From the sequence record MK250027.1: DNA of 64,000 nt; one strand, given 5' to 3'. This document shows positions 52,070-62,892 of this stretch, in pieces. The translations under genes were made by a program, and so were the position numbers. The notes under the pieces are model-generated. The model did no database searches. It saw nothing but the letters and a program-made list of their open reading frames with translations, and was not told the DNA's origin. The stretch's first letter is position 1. Every line of letters starts with the position of its first letter.

Positions 52070-52103
52070 AAAGGAATATAAACAACTAAGTTTATATTCC
52101 TTT
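52070..52103. terminator. Bidirectional terminator
   Basis: AAAGGAATATAAAC/GTTTATATTCCTTT. Confidence 0.8.
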
Positions 52104-52109
52104 ATTTTT

Positions 52110-52370
52110 TTACTTATGACTTTCAATTTCTTTATTAATATCATCAATAGAAACAAGTCCCACCCATTTCTTTAATTCTTCACCATTATCACCTTCCAAT
52201 ACAATAACAGGAACATTTCTGATATTATACTTATCAATAACTGCAGATGTTTCATCATCTTCATCATCTACATCATATTTCTTTAATTCACATGTATTAA
52301 AGTTTTCCAACCTCTTATCCATTACATTACATGGACCACACCATGTAGCACCTACTTTAATTAATCTCAT
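52110..52370 (-). CDS. trxA: Thioredoxin
   Basis: ATWCGPC active site; IRNVPV cis-Pro loop. Confidence 0.9.
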   Translation of the reverse strand: MRLIKVGATWCGPCNVMDKRLENFNTCELKKYDVDDEDDETSAVIDKYNIRNVPVIVLEGDNGEELKKWVGLVSIDDINKEIESHK

Positions 52371-52388
52371 ATTATTTAAAAATTATTT

Positions 52389-52817
52389 TTACCAACATTC
52401 ATAATCTGTAATATCTTCAGAATCACCATTTTTGTTACATACAATACGTATACAGCTACCAATACCAGTTCCTCCTTCAATAAACGAAAATGGAAGCTTA
52501 TATTTACTTTTTACATTCCAATTATCTTTATTGTAATTCGTAACATCTTCAGATTCATTACATGTTTCACATACATATGTATGGCTAAAACCACAATTCC
52601 ACATATCAATTAAATATACAGAACCTCTACCACCATTGCACACTGCTTTATGCTTTACATAAAAATTATGTGCATTCTTTTTCTCTATATCATCCATTTC
52701 AGTAAATCCATGATTATCTTTCAATAATGCAATAGATGTGATACAAGACTGTGTACCAACATCATTCTCATGTTTATTAATAAATGATATAGACATTTCT
52801 AATTCTTTATCTGTCAT
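52389..52817 (-). CDS. Hypothetical Cys-rich protein
   Basis: 142 aa; CETC and an internal duplication (EDVTNY/EDITDY). Confidence 0.75.
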   Translation of the reverse strand: MTDKELEMSISFINKHENDVGTQSCITSIALLKDNHGFTEMDDIEKKNAHNFYVKHKAVCNGGRGSVYLIDMWNCGFSHTYVCETCNESEDVTNYNKDNWNVKSKYKLPFSFIEGGTGIGSCIRIVCNKNGDSEDITDYECW

Positions 52818-52905
52818 CTTATTAAAATTAATTCAATATTTTATATTATATGAAAAAAGGTAAGATTTGTTTCTTAATCTTACCTTTATATTTTATTTAC
52901 TATTA

Positions 52906-53880
52906 TTACCAAAGTGCGGCTGTATAACATAAGTTAGATGTTAATGTAGTATAACCAATAATAGATATAATTCTATTACAAGGTTCAAGAATCATTTTTT
53001 CAAATTGTTTATCATAATCTATTTCAGGTGCATATTCTATTGGATAAGCGCCAGGTAAAAATGCAAAACAATCATAATTTCTATCCTTTGCATAATACCA
53101 CTTAACTTTATCTGCTGTCTTAATAGGATTATACTTTACCTTATATTTCTTATTCTTTGGTTGATTCAAAATAAAGTTAGCAATTCCTGAAGCCTTAACC
53201 TGAATAGGACAATGTTCTCCGAATACCAACTTATTCTTATCATCAAGAACGAACTTTTGATAATTTCCTATTGAACTACCTTTTGAAATCTCTGATGGAT
53301 CTTTAAACATAAACTGTTGTTTATATCCCTTTATTTTCGCAATAATATCTTCATATGGTGGTCTTTCCTTATGTTCCTGATACCAATGCAACATATAACA
53401 TGTAAAGTCTTTTTGACATTCTCTTGCAAATGGTGGTGTAGAACCTTGAACGATCTCAAGTCCCTTATAAACGACTTCTTCCATTTGCTCCAAGAAAATA
53501 TTAGGTTCCTTAAAACACTCTGCCATTGCATAATGTTTCTTTGAAGTCAAGATAGTTGTATCTGCAATTTTCTCTAACTCAAGATTTTGAATATTTACAT
53601 CACAATTATATTTCTTTGCATATTCCTCATATTTCTGTTGCATATATGGTCCACAACCATAATTCCAAAGATCAACAACAAATTGTGCACATTTAGACTC
53701 TGGAATATCAAGCTGTTGACAAATTCTTCCAAATTCTACATATATTGAGTTGTGAGCCAGTATCTCATTTGCGAAGAATGTATGAGTATCATCTACCTCA
53801 ATATCATATACATACTCATCATTAAAATCTTCAAGTTGCTCTATTACATCAATATCCTCTACTTGTATATTGTAATTCAT
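52906..53880 (-). CDS. polB: PolB C-terminal piece fused to a 44-aa C-intein
   Basis: MNYNIQVEDID...VYDIEVDDTHTFFANEILAHN|SIYV..., then LELEKI, SKKHYA, YKGLEIV, CPIQVKAS, DKVKWYY. Confidence 0.92.
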   Translation of the reverse strand: MNYNIQVEDIDVIEQLEDFNDEYVYDIEVDDTHTFFANEILAHNSIYVEFGRICQQLDIPESKCAQFVVDLWNYGCGPYMQQKYEEYAKKYNCDVNIQNLELEKIADTTILTSKKHYAMAECFKEPNIFLEQMEEVVYKGLEIVQGSTPPFARECQKDFTCYMLHWYQEHKERPPYEDIIAKIKGYKQQFMFKDPSEISKGSSIGNYQKFVLDDKNKLVFGEHCPIQVKASGIANFILNQPKNKKYKVKYNPIKTADKVKWYYAKDRNYDCFAFLPGAYPIEYAPEIDYDKQFEKMILEPCNRIISIIGYTTLTSNLCYTAALW

Positions 53881-53956
53881 CTTTTTTCTCCTATTATTAA
53901 TTGTGTATTTTCAACATTATTAAAATGTTCTAATATATAATTATATAAATAATTTT

Positions 53957-54432
53957 TTATATTGTTTTTATATCTTCTCTATCTTTATGTGTTTTATAGA
54001 ATATCCAGTTATCAATAAAATATGGATAAATGAATAACATATTTAATTTATTATTTTTGCATCTTCCCATTTTTGAATATCAGTTTCTGTCCATGTATGA
54101 ATTAATCCATCATAATTATTTTTCGTATTTGTTTTAGAACATTTACTTAAAAAATAATTATACTTATCTTTATCTAATTCTTTATTATATAAACATTTAT
54201 TATGCCAAAATGATCCTTGATACTCTATATATAAATTATACTGTTTTATATAAAAATCACAATTATGATTATATTCTTTTGTTTTATAACATCTTATAAC
54301 ATCATCACCATATAATTCATTTAAAAAAACATATAAAATTTCTTCTTCAATAGATGTATGCTTATTATAAGATTCTGTGACTTTATCTTGTATTTCTGAT
54401 AACTATGAAATATAATCATCATCTATTACCAT
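53957..54432 (-). pseudogene. Vsr/DUF559-like endonuclease domain with a frameshift at the A5 run (54054-54058)
   Basis: CDFYIKQYNLYIEYQGSFWH...WTETDIQKWEDAK; the conserved NNKLNMLFIY continues only in the -1 frame. Confidence 0.6.
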
Positions 54433-54731
54433 ACTAAATTATTATGTTCATTTTCATAATTCTTTTCATTATAACAACACTCATCGAATTTTTTCACTTT
54501 TTCTATATATTCATCTATAATATCAATACCTAAATATTTTGCATATATTATTTTTGCATCTGATATATCACATTTATCATTCATTGTAATACAATTAACA
54601 TTATTATTCAATGCAAAGTATATATCTTTATATGTTGATATTATTTGTTTTAGAAAATATTTTAATAACGTATTATGTTTCTTAAACATATTATTCCTTA
54701 TAATCCTTATTTTTGAACGATAATATATCAT
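54426..54731 (-). CDS. Hypothetical protein, possibly N-terminal fragment of the degenerate endonuclease
   Basis: 101-aa ORF overlapping both neighbours. Confidence 0.45.
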   Translation of the reverse strand: MIYYRSKIRIIRNNMFKKHNTLLKYFLKQIISTYKDIYFALNNNVNCITMNDKCDISDAKIIYAKYLGIDIIDEYIEKVKKFDECCYNEKNYENEHNNLVW

Positions 54732-55846
54732 ATTTCAGTTATATCATTTAATTGATCTTTATTATTAATCATCTATATAAGTGATTTTATAGTTCCTTTC
54801 TTATCATTTTTATATGTAGATTCCCAAACTATTATAACCTTGCAATTCAATGTCTGTTGAATATCTTCAATTCTTTCTCTATCATGATTCCATTTATCTT
54901 TAACTGAACGTCCGTTTCTTAATATAAAATAATTTGTTTCATTAGCATTATATTTCTTTGGATTAAAATGATAAAAATCTCCATAAAATTCTATAACAAT
55001 ATTTAATGATTTATCGTAATAATCTACATGATAAAAATTATTATTTAATAACTTAACTGTATATTCTATATAAGTATCATTATCTTTATAATATTCTTTT
55101 AAATGAGAAAATAACTCTAATGATATATTTGACTTATTACCTATTAAATAATATTGTTCTGAACGTTTTTCTACAAATTCATTATATTTTTGTGTTCCAT
55201 CTTCTTTACCGTATTCTTCGATAAAATAATCTAATGTACATGTATATCTCTGACGTTCGATATAAGCATTCCATATTTTTAAACCATCTATTTCACCATG
55301 TCTTTTAATAAGATTTTCCTTTGTTACCGCTCTAGATTTATTGTATTCATCAAATTTATCTTGAGACATACCATATTTTTCATGTTTATATTCATATGTA
55401 TTTGTAACTGATTGTTTATTACAATATGAATTCCATTTTTCTAATCCTATATCTTTTCCATATCGTTTAATCATTTTTTCTTTGGTAACACATTGTCTTT
55501 CTTTTGCTACAGGGTTGAAATCCTTATCAGGTACTCCAAATCCATACTACGTATATTTTGCAGCTTTATGCGCAAATTTAAATTTTACATCTTTAAAATT
55601 TGGAAATTTCTTGCATACACAATCATAACACCTACATAAATGATATTCATTACCATTATAATTTCTAGTACTTAAAAATGATAACTTATTATTATCACAT
55701 ACTATTTTATGTGTTTTTGAGTTTATATGAAATGTACCATTATCATATATAAGAAATTTACCACATTCTTTACAATAACATATTGATGGATCTATATTAT
55801 TATCTTTACAATATTGAACTACGTTCTATTCACTTAAATATTTCAT
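54728..55846 (-). CDS. Free-standing Vsr-like homing endonuclease, 372 aa (three TAG)
   Basis: ATG overlaps the TAA of the Pol N-intein gene. Cys motifs, KYG repeats, HVDYYDK...IVIEFYGDFYH...IIVWE. Confidence 0.8.
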
Positions 55847-56658
55847 TATCTATCTAATGTTATAATTTTATCAGATTTTTTTATTTCTCTTGCAGGAACA
55901 GATATTAATTCATTATTTCGTATAACCATTATACTATGATCACCTGTAACTATAAGCTCTTTACCGGATTTAGTTTTTAACCTAAACTTATCTTTAGTTA
56001 CTTTATGTCTCATTATATAATTAATCGGTCGTGTAATAGTTTTATAATCATGATCCTTATATGATAATGTATCGTGATTATGTACAGGAATGACTTCAGA
56101 CCCATTTTGTAATTTTATAACAACATCGTCATTTTCATATTTTGCTTTAGTAAAAAAGCCTTCCATTGAAAATACTTTATTATCTATAACTACTTGAGTA
56201 TCAGCAGTTTGCGAATCCGTATCCCCCGCTACAGTTAGTGATTGGTTTCCATCAAGATACGAAAACTCGGGTCCGTCCAACGTACCTGTTTCAGTTGTCT
56301 TACCTTTTGCGATACTTACTCGTTTTGCTTTCTCCGAATCAATACCAAGTTTCTTATGCAATTCTGTATCATTCTGAAATATACCACTGAAATACGCGTT
56401 AACAGAATTCTCAGAATAATGGTTCAAATCCTGACCCTGAAGAGTAATAGACTCTGCAACTGCTGTGTTATGCGCAATGAAATACTTGCTCGCAGTTGCT
56501 CCATAAACACTATTGATAAATTTCTTTAACGCTAGCTGTTTAGTCTCATAAAAATCCCCTAAATTTTTTAATCTTTCTACTTCTTTTTCAAGTTCTTCAA
56601 TACTGCAATTCTCAGGGTCTACTTGGCAAAATTTATAATTCTTATGTTGTTCTTCCAT
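55846..56658 (-). CDS. polB: PolB middle piece (motifs B and C) fused to a 122-aa N-intein
   Basis: KQLALKKFINSVYG (motif B), AGDTD|SQTADTQV...VTGDHSIM (intein block B), TAA stop. Confidence 0.92.
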   Translation of the reverse strand: MEEQHKNYKFCQVDPENCSIEELEKEVERLKNLGDFYETKQLALKKFINSVYGATASKYFIAHNTAVAESITLQGQDLNHYSENSVNAYFSGIFQNDTELHKKLGIDSEKAKRVSIAKGKTTETGTLDGPEFSYLDGNQSLTVAGDTDSQTADTQVVIDNKVFSMEGFFTKAKYENDDVVIKLQNGSEVIPVHNHDTLSYKDHDYKTITRPINYIMRHKVTKDKFRLKTKSGKELIVTGDHSIMVIRNNELISVPAREIKKSDKIITLDR

Positions 56659-56682
56659 TTTATTCTAATTAACGATTTAATT

Positions 56683-56711
56683 ATTATACAAATAAAAATT
56701 CTATTTGTTTA
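56683..56711 (-). promoter_or_regulatory. Class II promoter TAAACA-N17-TATAAT
   Basis: Upstream of the polB middle gene. Confidence 0.6.
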
Positions 56712-56747
56712 TTAAAAACATTATTAACAATATTTAATATAAGATAT

Positions 56748-58406
56748 ATGGAAATTACAGATCAAATTATAATAGATAAGTTAACAGTATTTAGACATAA
56801 TAAAATACAATTAAATACATGTAGAATAAAAGAAACATGGTTAAAAGATCATGGTTTATATGAGTATTTAATTAATAGATTTAAAACCATAGATAATATT
56901 CAAGAAATTATATATAGGATATATTATAAATTACCGGATAATTTACAGTTACATTGTAATACTTGTGGTAATGAAATACCTTTACAATTTAGAGGATTCT
57001 TATATGGATATAATCAATATTGTTCTTATAAATGTTCTTTAAATGATCCAAATAAAATACATAAATTAACAAATGTAAAACAAAAAGATGATATAGATGA
57101 TAATTATGTATTGAATTTAATGATTAAAGACAATAGATTAGTTTCAGAATATTGTAAGAATAAAAAACTTAAGCAATTTGGTATATATGATTATATGATG
57201 AATAGATATGACGATTTACAGAAAAATAAATCTATTATTCAAGAAATTATATATAGAATGAAATATCATATAGATAAATCTCCTCGATGTCCAACATGTG
57301 GGAAATATGTTAACTTTTATAGATTTAGTGAAGGATTCAGACATTATTGTTCAAATGAATGTGCAAATAAGAATGAAAATAATGTTAACATAAAATTAAA
57401 TAATAAGCATAAAACTATAGAAAATAAATGGTTAAACCGTGGATATAAAATTAAATATACAGAAAATAAAAATGAATTTCTTGTATATAATCAATGTAAT
57501 TTACATAATCCATTTAAAATTAAAAAATATACATTCTTTAATAGACAAGGAAAAGATATAATTATGTGTCCTATTTGTAATCCTGAAAAAAATATGGAGA
57601 CTTCTATAGAATATAAAATTAGGTTAATATTAGAGAAACATAATATAAAATTTACGCAACATGTTAGGTATATAATATCACCAAGGGAATTAGACTTTTA
57701 TTTACCTGCTTATAAAGTAGCAATAGAATGTAATGGGATTTATTGGCATTCAGGGATAAACGGTAAAAATAGATTTAAAGTTAAATATGAACTATTATCC
57801 AAAACTGATATATAGATGTTAACTTTTTGGGAAGACGATATTCATTATAACATTGATAAGATAGAAAATATCATATTAAGAAGTTGCAATTTAGAAAAGA
57901 AATTATTTTCAAATGATACTGTTATTAGAGAAATAGATATTGATATATGTAAGTCATTTATTAATAATAACTCAATTAAAAAATATATTATATCTAATAT
58001 AAATTTAGGTTTATTTAAGGATGATAAATTATTATTTGTTATGACATTTTCAAATAATAATGATAATAATTATACATTAAATCAAATATGTTATAAAGAT
58101 AATTTATATGTTATAAATTCTGAAAAATTATTATTATATTATTTTTTTAATAATTATAAATTTAATAAATTGATAACATATTGCGATTTAAAAATTGAAA
58201 ATAATAAATTATATGAAAAATTAGGATTCAAATTAAATAGTGATAAATTAAAATTTAATCTGAATTATTATAATTATAGAACAACTGAACATAGAATTAA
58301 TAAGAAAGAAGTTAATCAATTATTGAAATTAGATGATTCTGATTCATTAGAAGATTATATGAAATGTTATTCAGGATATTTAATATATGAGAAAGAGAAT
58401 GTATAA
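56748..58406 (+). CDS. Vsr/DUF559-like homing endonuclease, 552 aa (one TAG)
   Basis: Joins 56748..57815 and 57816..58406. Two YLINR..QEIIYR-CxxC repeats, ELDFYLP...AIECNGIYWH, LTFWED. Confidence 0.85.
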
Positions 58407-58430
58407 TTTAAATTTATATACATTCTCTTT
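58392..58430. terminator. Bidirectional terminator between convergent endonuclease genes
   Basis: AAAGAGAATGTATA/TATACATTCTCTTT. Confidence 0.75.
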
Positions 58431-59634
58431 TATTATTTTCTAAATATTCATTTATTATAGTTTTTATTATTTCTATCTTATTGCTCCATATAGGAAGATA
58501 ATTCAGATTATTCATTTTCGCAGTTTGACATTTAAAAGGATCAATGATTGACCAAACATTTACAGCAGATTTATATTGTTTTGATATTTCTGCTTTTTGT
58601 TTCCACTTATTTAATAAATCAATATCATCTTTATTATCTTCATCAAATAAATGTTTCCCATGTGTCCAAAATGCGTTTATCTCTATAAATAAATCTAATG
58701 GTTTTATATAGAAATCTACATGGAATGGATAACGCTCATCAACATTTACATTAAACTATATATCATCTTTATCAAATATTGTTTGTAAATATTCATATGT
58801 TTGATATTCTGGTTTTGACATACCAAAATTATCTTTATATTTTTTCTTTATTGTTTTTACATATTGATCAAACTAATATTGATGAAAATTTTCTAATGAA
58901 CCATATTTTTTAATAACAGTTTCTTTTGTCTTTTCTTTATTATTAAATGTTGGATCCCCATATAATTCTAATTTTGTTTCTTTAATTTTGTTTTTTATTT
59001 CTTCATTTTTTGCAGGGTTATCAACGCCATATTTTTTAATAACAGTTTCTCTTGATTTTTCTTTATTATTATCTGACTAAAAACTATATTTACACCCATA
59101 TTTTTTTAAACATGTATTAATTGATTTCTATTTAACTTCTTCATTCTATCCTGAAAATTCTACANNNNNNNNNNNNNNNNNNNNNNNNNNTGTCTTCTAT
59201 AAATATTCCGATGTTTTTGTATATGATGAAACTCCATATTTTTCTAAACATGTTTGTTTTATTTTATCTTTAACTGATTTTAACTACATTTGATGTTCAA
59301 CACCATATCGTTCTTTTAATGTATTTTTTATTTTATTCTATACATTAACTGAATTCATTACACATCGTGAATTTGAACAAAATTTACGAAATCCTCTACT
59401 ATAACAATTAAATCTCACAGGTTTCCCACATGTTTCACATACTGGTCTTATTTCTATTTTATTTACAATACGGTATATTGTCTCCTATATAGATTCGCTA
59501 TCATTATATCTATTAATTAAATAATCATAAATATCTTGATGTTTATTTAACCAAGATAATCTTGTATAATTTTTTGCTAACTAATTCTTTTTTGTTATAA
59601 ATTTTTCTTTTATGTAGTCATCATTAATAATCAT
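58414..59634 (-). CDS. Vsr-like homing endonuclease with KYG repeats (many TAG; spans a 26-N gap; absent from track)
   Basis: YLINRYNDSESI(TAG)ETIYRI, CETC, TCLEKYGV repeats, YPFHVDFYIK...FIEINAFWTH...AKMNNLNYLPIW. Confidence 0.8.
59165..59190. other. Assembly gap
   Basis: 26 N inside the KYG repeat region. Confidence 1.
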
Positions 59635-59675
59635 ATCTAATAATAAATTATTATTATTTTTAATTATATAAAAAA

Positions 59676-59718
59676 TGAGGTAAATAGTTTTTAACAGAAT
59701 TAAAACTATTTACCTCAT
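59676..59718. terminator. Terminator after the RecA C-terminal gene
   Basis: 17-bp inverted repeat ATGAGGTAAATAGTTTT/AAAACTATTTACCTCAT. Confidence 0.75.
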
Positions 59719-59725
59719 TAATATA

Positions 59726-60463
59726 TTAATTAATACTTGCTTCTTTTATAGGATCTTCATCATTATCATTTTCATCTGAAATACCCATTGTTTCCTCTAA
59801 ATCTTTAACATCATCAAATGCAGATTGATCTGGTAATTGGAACATTGGGTGAATAACATGCTCATTTATATAATCAAGATATTCTGGTGTAAATACCTTA
59901 TCAGACCAAAATTCAGTAAAAGGAACTTGTTCATTAAGATGTTTTACTACAATATACCTTGCTGTATCTTTCGGTAAACAATAATGTGTTTCACCATCAT
60001 CTGTTGTCCATGTATATACTTTCTTTTTATCTGAATCTGATAATTTATCATATTCTTTTTGCGTAAGTAAATTTCCTCTACAAACACCTGAATTGTCCCA
60101 TGTCATAAATTGTTCCAAACCAACATATGGGTTAGGTTTTTTAAAATATGGAATTTGAAATTTCACTTTAATTGGTCTGCAAAAACGAGACTTAACTGGT
60201 TTTGCTGTAACTAAAACACCATTCTTTGTACCTGCATCAGAACCTTGTCTTGATTTTGCAGCTGAATCATTCTCTTTATCTTCCAGTTTAGCAGCACTTA
60301 ATTCAATTGTAATTGATGCATTATATACAATACCTGAATTATGATTTATAATACCATTTGCAGAAACATAATTATGTGTGTCTTTAACTGTTAAATCTAT
60401 TACATCCTCACTTAATTCTGACTATATCTTCTTTACAATCTTTAACTTTCTATATTTCATCAT
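59726..60463 (-). CDS. uvsX: RecA/UvsX C-terminal piece fused to a 42-aa C-intein (TAG at codon 14)
   Basis: MMKYRKLKIVKKI(TAG)SELSEDVIDLTVKDTHNYVSANGIINHN|SGIVYNASITIEL...KSRF, in frame with track ORF 59726..60166. Confidence 0.9.
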
Positions 60464-61790
60464 TTATATATTGCGTTATTTTTTTATATTCTAAATATTT
60501 AAAAACTGTTTCTGAAATTCTAACAATACCTAATACATTATTATCTATTAATAAAATATCATTATCTCTTTGCTTATCCAATTCTTCCTAATGAAATACA
60601 CCTTGTCCACCATCATATTCAAATATAATTATTTTACCTTTATATTCTAAATACCCATCACATGCATAAAATATTTTATTTCGTGTTTTATCTGATATTT
60701 CATCTGGAATTATTACTATATATGGTTTATGAATGATTTTCTTATCGATATATTTTTGTAAAAATTCAAAACATCTATTTTCTGATTCTGATATATTTGT
60801 CATCCAGCCACCTTTTATTTTACATAAAAAGTTATCACTATGTTTCCAATTTTTCCAAATATTTTTTGCTAAATTTGATTGTAATTCTTTTTTCTTTAAA
60901 TAATCTTCATATGATTTATAACCTTTATATTCCTCACATGATGGATTAATTTCATGCACTTTTAATTTAGCTTCATCATCAGAATATCCTAACTTCTTCC
61001 AATAATTAAACGTCCATACACTATGTTCTTTTGCATAATATGAAGCTTTCTTTTTTGCATCCTCTATAGTTAGCCCTAAATTTAACCAATATTTTGTTGT
61101 GCTTTTAGAACATGTTGAATTATTCTATTGAACTTTACTTACTTCTATTTTTGCGTCTTCTAATGTATAACCTTTATTTAACCAATATTCAACACAACGC
61201 GGTGATCTATTTTTATTTAATTCTCGTATAATTGATTCTGCTTCAGTATCACTATATCCTCGTGCTAAATAAAACGATTTACTACTTTTAATATATCCTT
61301 TATTCTACTTATCAGGATAATATTGTTTACACCAAATCATTAACTAATCATTAATATCTCGTTCTGTTATAAAATCAGAAAATGTTATGAAATTTATAAA
61401 TCTTTTAATAAAAGAAATATTATTCAAATTAAATGAATATTTATTATCTTTAATGAATGAATTAAATATATCATCTTTATTAAAATATACAACTGTCTTT
61501 TTATACTTATTTAATATAATTTTTTTATATTCATCAAATGAATATCCTCTAACATCCCAATATAAAAATGTTGTATTTTTATGTTTATTTGTAATATTCT
61601 TTAAATAATTTAATAATATATCTATTATTTCTTGAGAGCCATATACTTTATTTTCGCTAAATAACTATTGTAACTTATTAATATACTATGTATTATTTGT
61701 ATTAATATTAAAATTATAAAACTTATTATATTTGTTTATAAACTATATAAACTCATTTATATCAAATACATTTATTTCTACTTTTTTCAT
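60408..61790 (-). CDS. Free-standing Vsr-like homing endonuclease, about 460 aa (many TAG)
   Basis: Read-through ORF with YW-x-x-KGY repeats and CDGYL...IFEYDGG...FH; overlaps the C-intein start and ends in TGA. Confidence 0.8.
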
Positions 61791-61885
61791 ATTAAACATT
61801 TCAAATTTTTGATTATTTTATACCTTATAATATTTATTCATATATAAAGTAAAAATAATCAAAAATTAAAAAATATTTTATGGTA

Positions 61886-62860
61886 TTATTCAGAAATTGC
61901 ATAAATTTCATCATTTTCATTTAATTCTGAAACTATTTTCCATGAGCTATCCAACTCTGGTTTATCAGGATTAATAAGAAATCTATGTGTATTTGAACAT
62001 GTAATAGTCTCTCCATTATCAAATGTAAATGTATATGTCGGTTTTTTAAAATGCCAAAGTTTCTCTACATCATGATATTCACCATCATGTGACAATACTT
62101 TATCTCCAACAACAACATCTTTCATTTGTTTAATTCCATTATTTGTAATAATTTTTTCATCTGGTCGTAAACAACCCATTGCTTGTATATTCTGAGGAAT
62201 AAATGACATAGATTGATATACATGGTTCACTACAATCCAAGGAATTTGCAATTTTGCAATTGGAGTAGCACAAACTCTAAACATTGCTTTAGTATCTTTT
62301 GCTTTTGTAAAATCTGCTTTTTGTGAACCTGACAATGTATCTTCACGTTCCTTTTCAGATGTTAAATTTCCGAGAGAATCCAATACAATAATAACTTTAT
62401 CATGTTGACCATACTTATCTTGTTGTTCTTGCAATTTATCACATAAATTTGCAATAAATTGGCTTGTCTCCATAATTGTATTAACTTTTTTAATAATTAA
62501 TTTAGATGGATCTACTCCAAGACGCCTAACAAAATCAGAATCTATTGCACCTTCAGAATCAAGATAAATTGGAATATAACCTAATTTTTGAGCTTCCCTA
62601 CAACATGAACATGCTAAAAAAGATTTACCAGCGCCAGATGTACCCGAGAACGTTACAACTCTACCAGTCGGTATTGCTTTATAAATATCACCTGAACAAC
62701 ATGCATTTAAAATATAATTACCTGTTGAAATCCATTCTTTTATATTTGAATACGCTGAATCTGCAATAATTTCAGCTTGATCATCTATACTACTTACCAT
62801 TGACATTAATGAACCAATACCACCTTCAAAATCTTCGCTTGACTACTTTTTCTTTGCCAT
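61886..62860 (-). CDS. uvsX: RecA/UvsX N-terminal piece fused to a 95-aa N-intein (TAG at codon 6)
   Basis: ISTGNYILN, GTSGAGKS (Walker A), YLDSE, IVLDS (Walker B), VNHVY, QAMG|CLRPDEKI...TCSNTHRF, TAA stop. Confidence 0.92.
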
Positions 62861-62892
62861 AATATTAAATTACGTTAATTTTTATTTTATAT

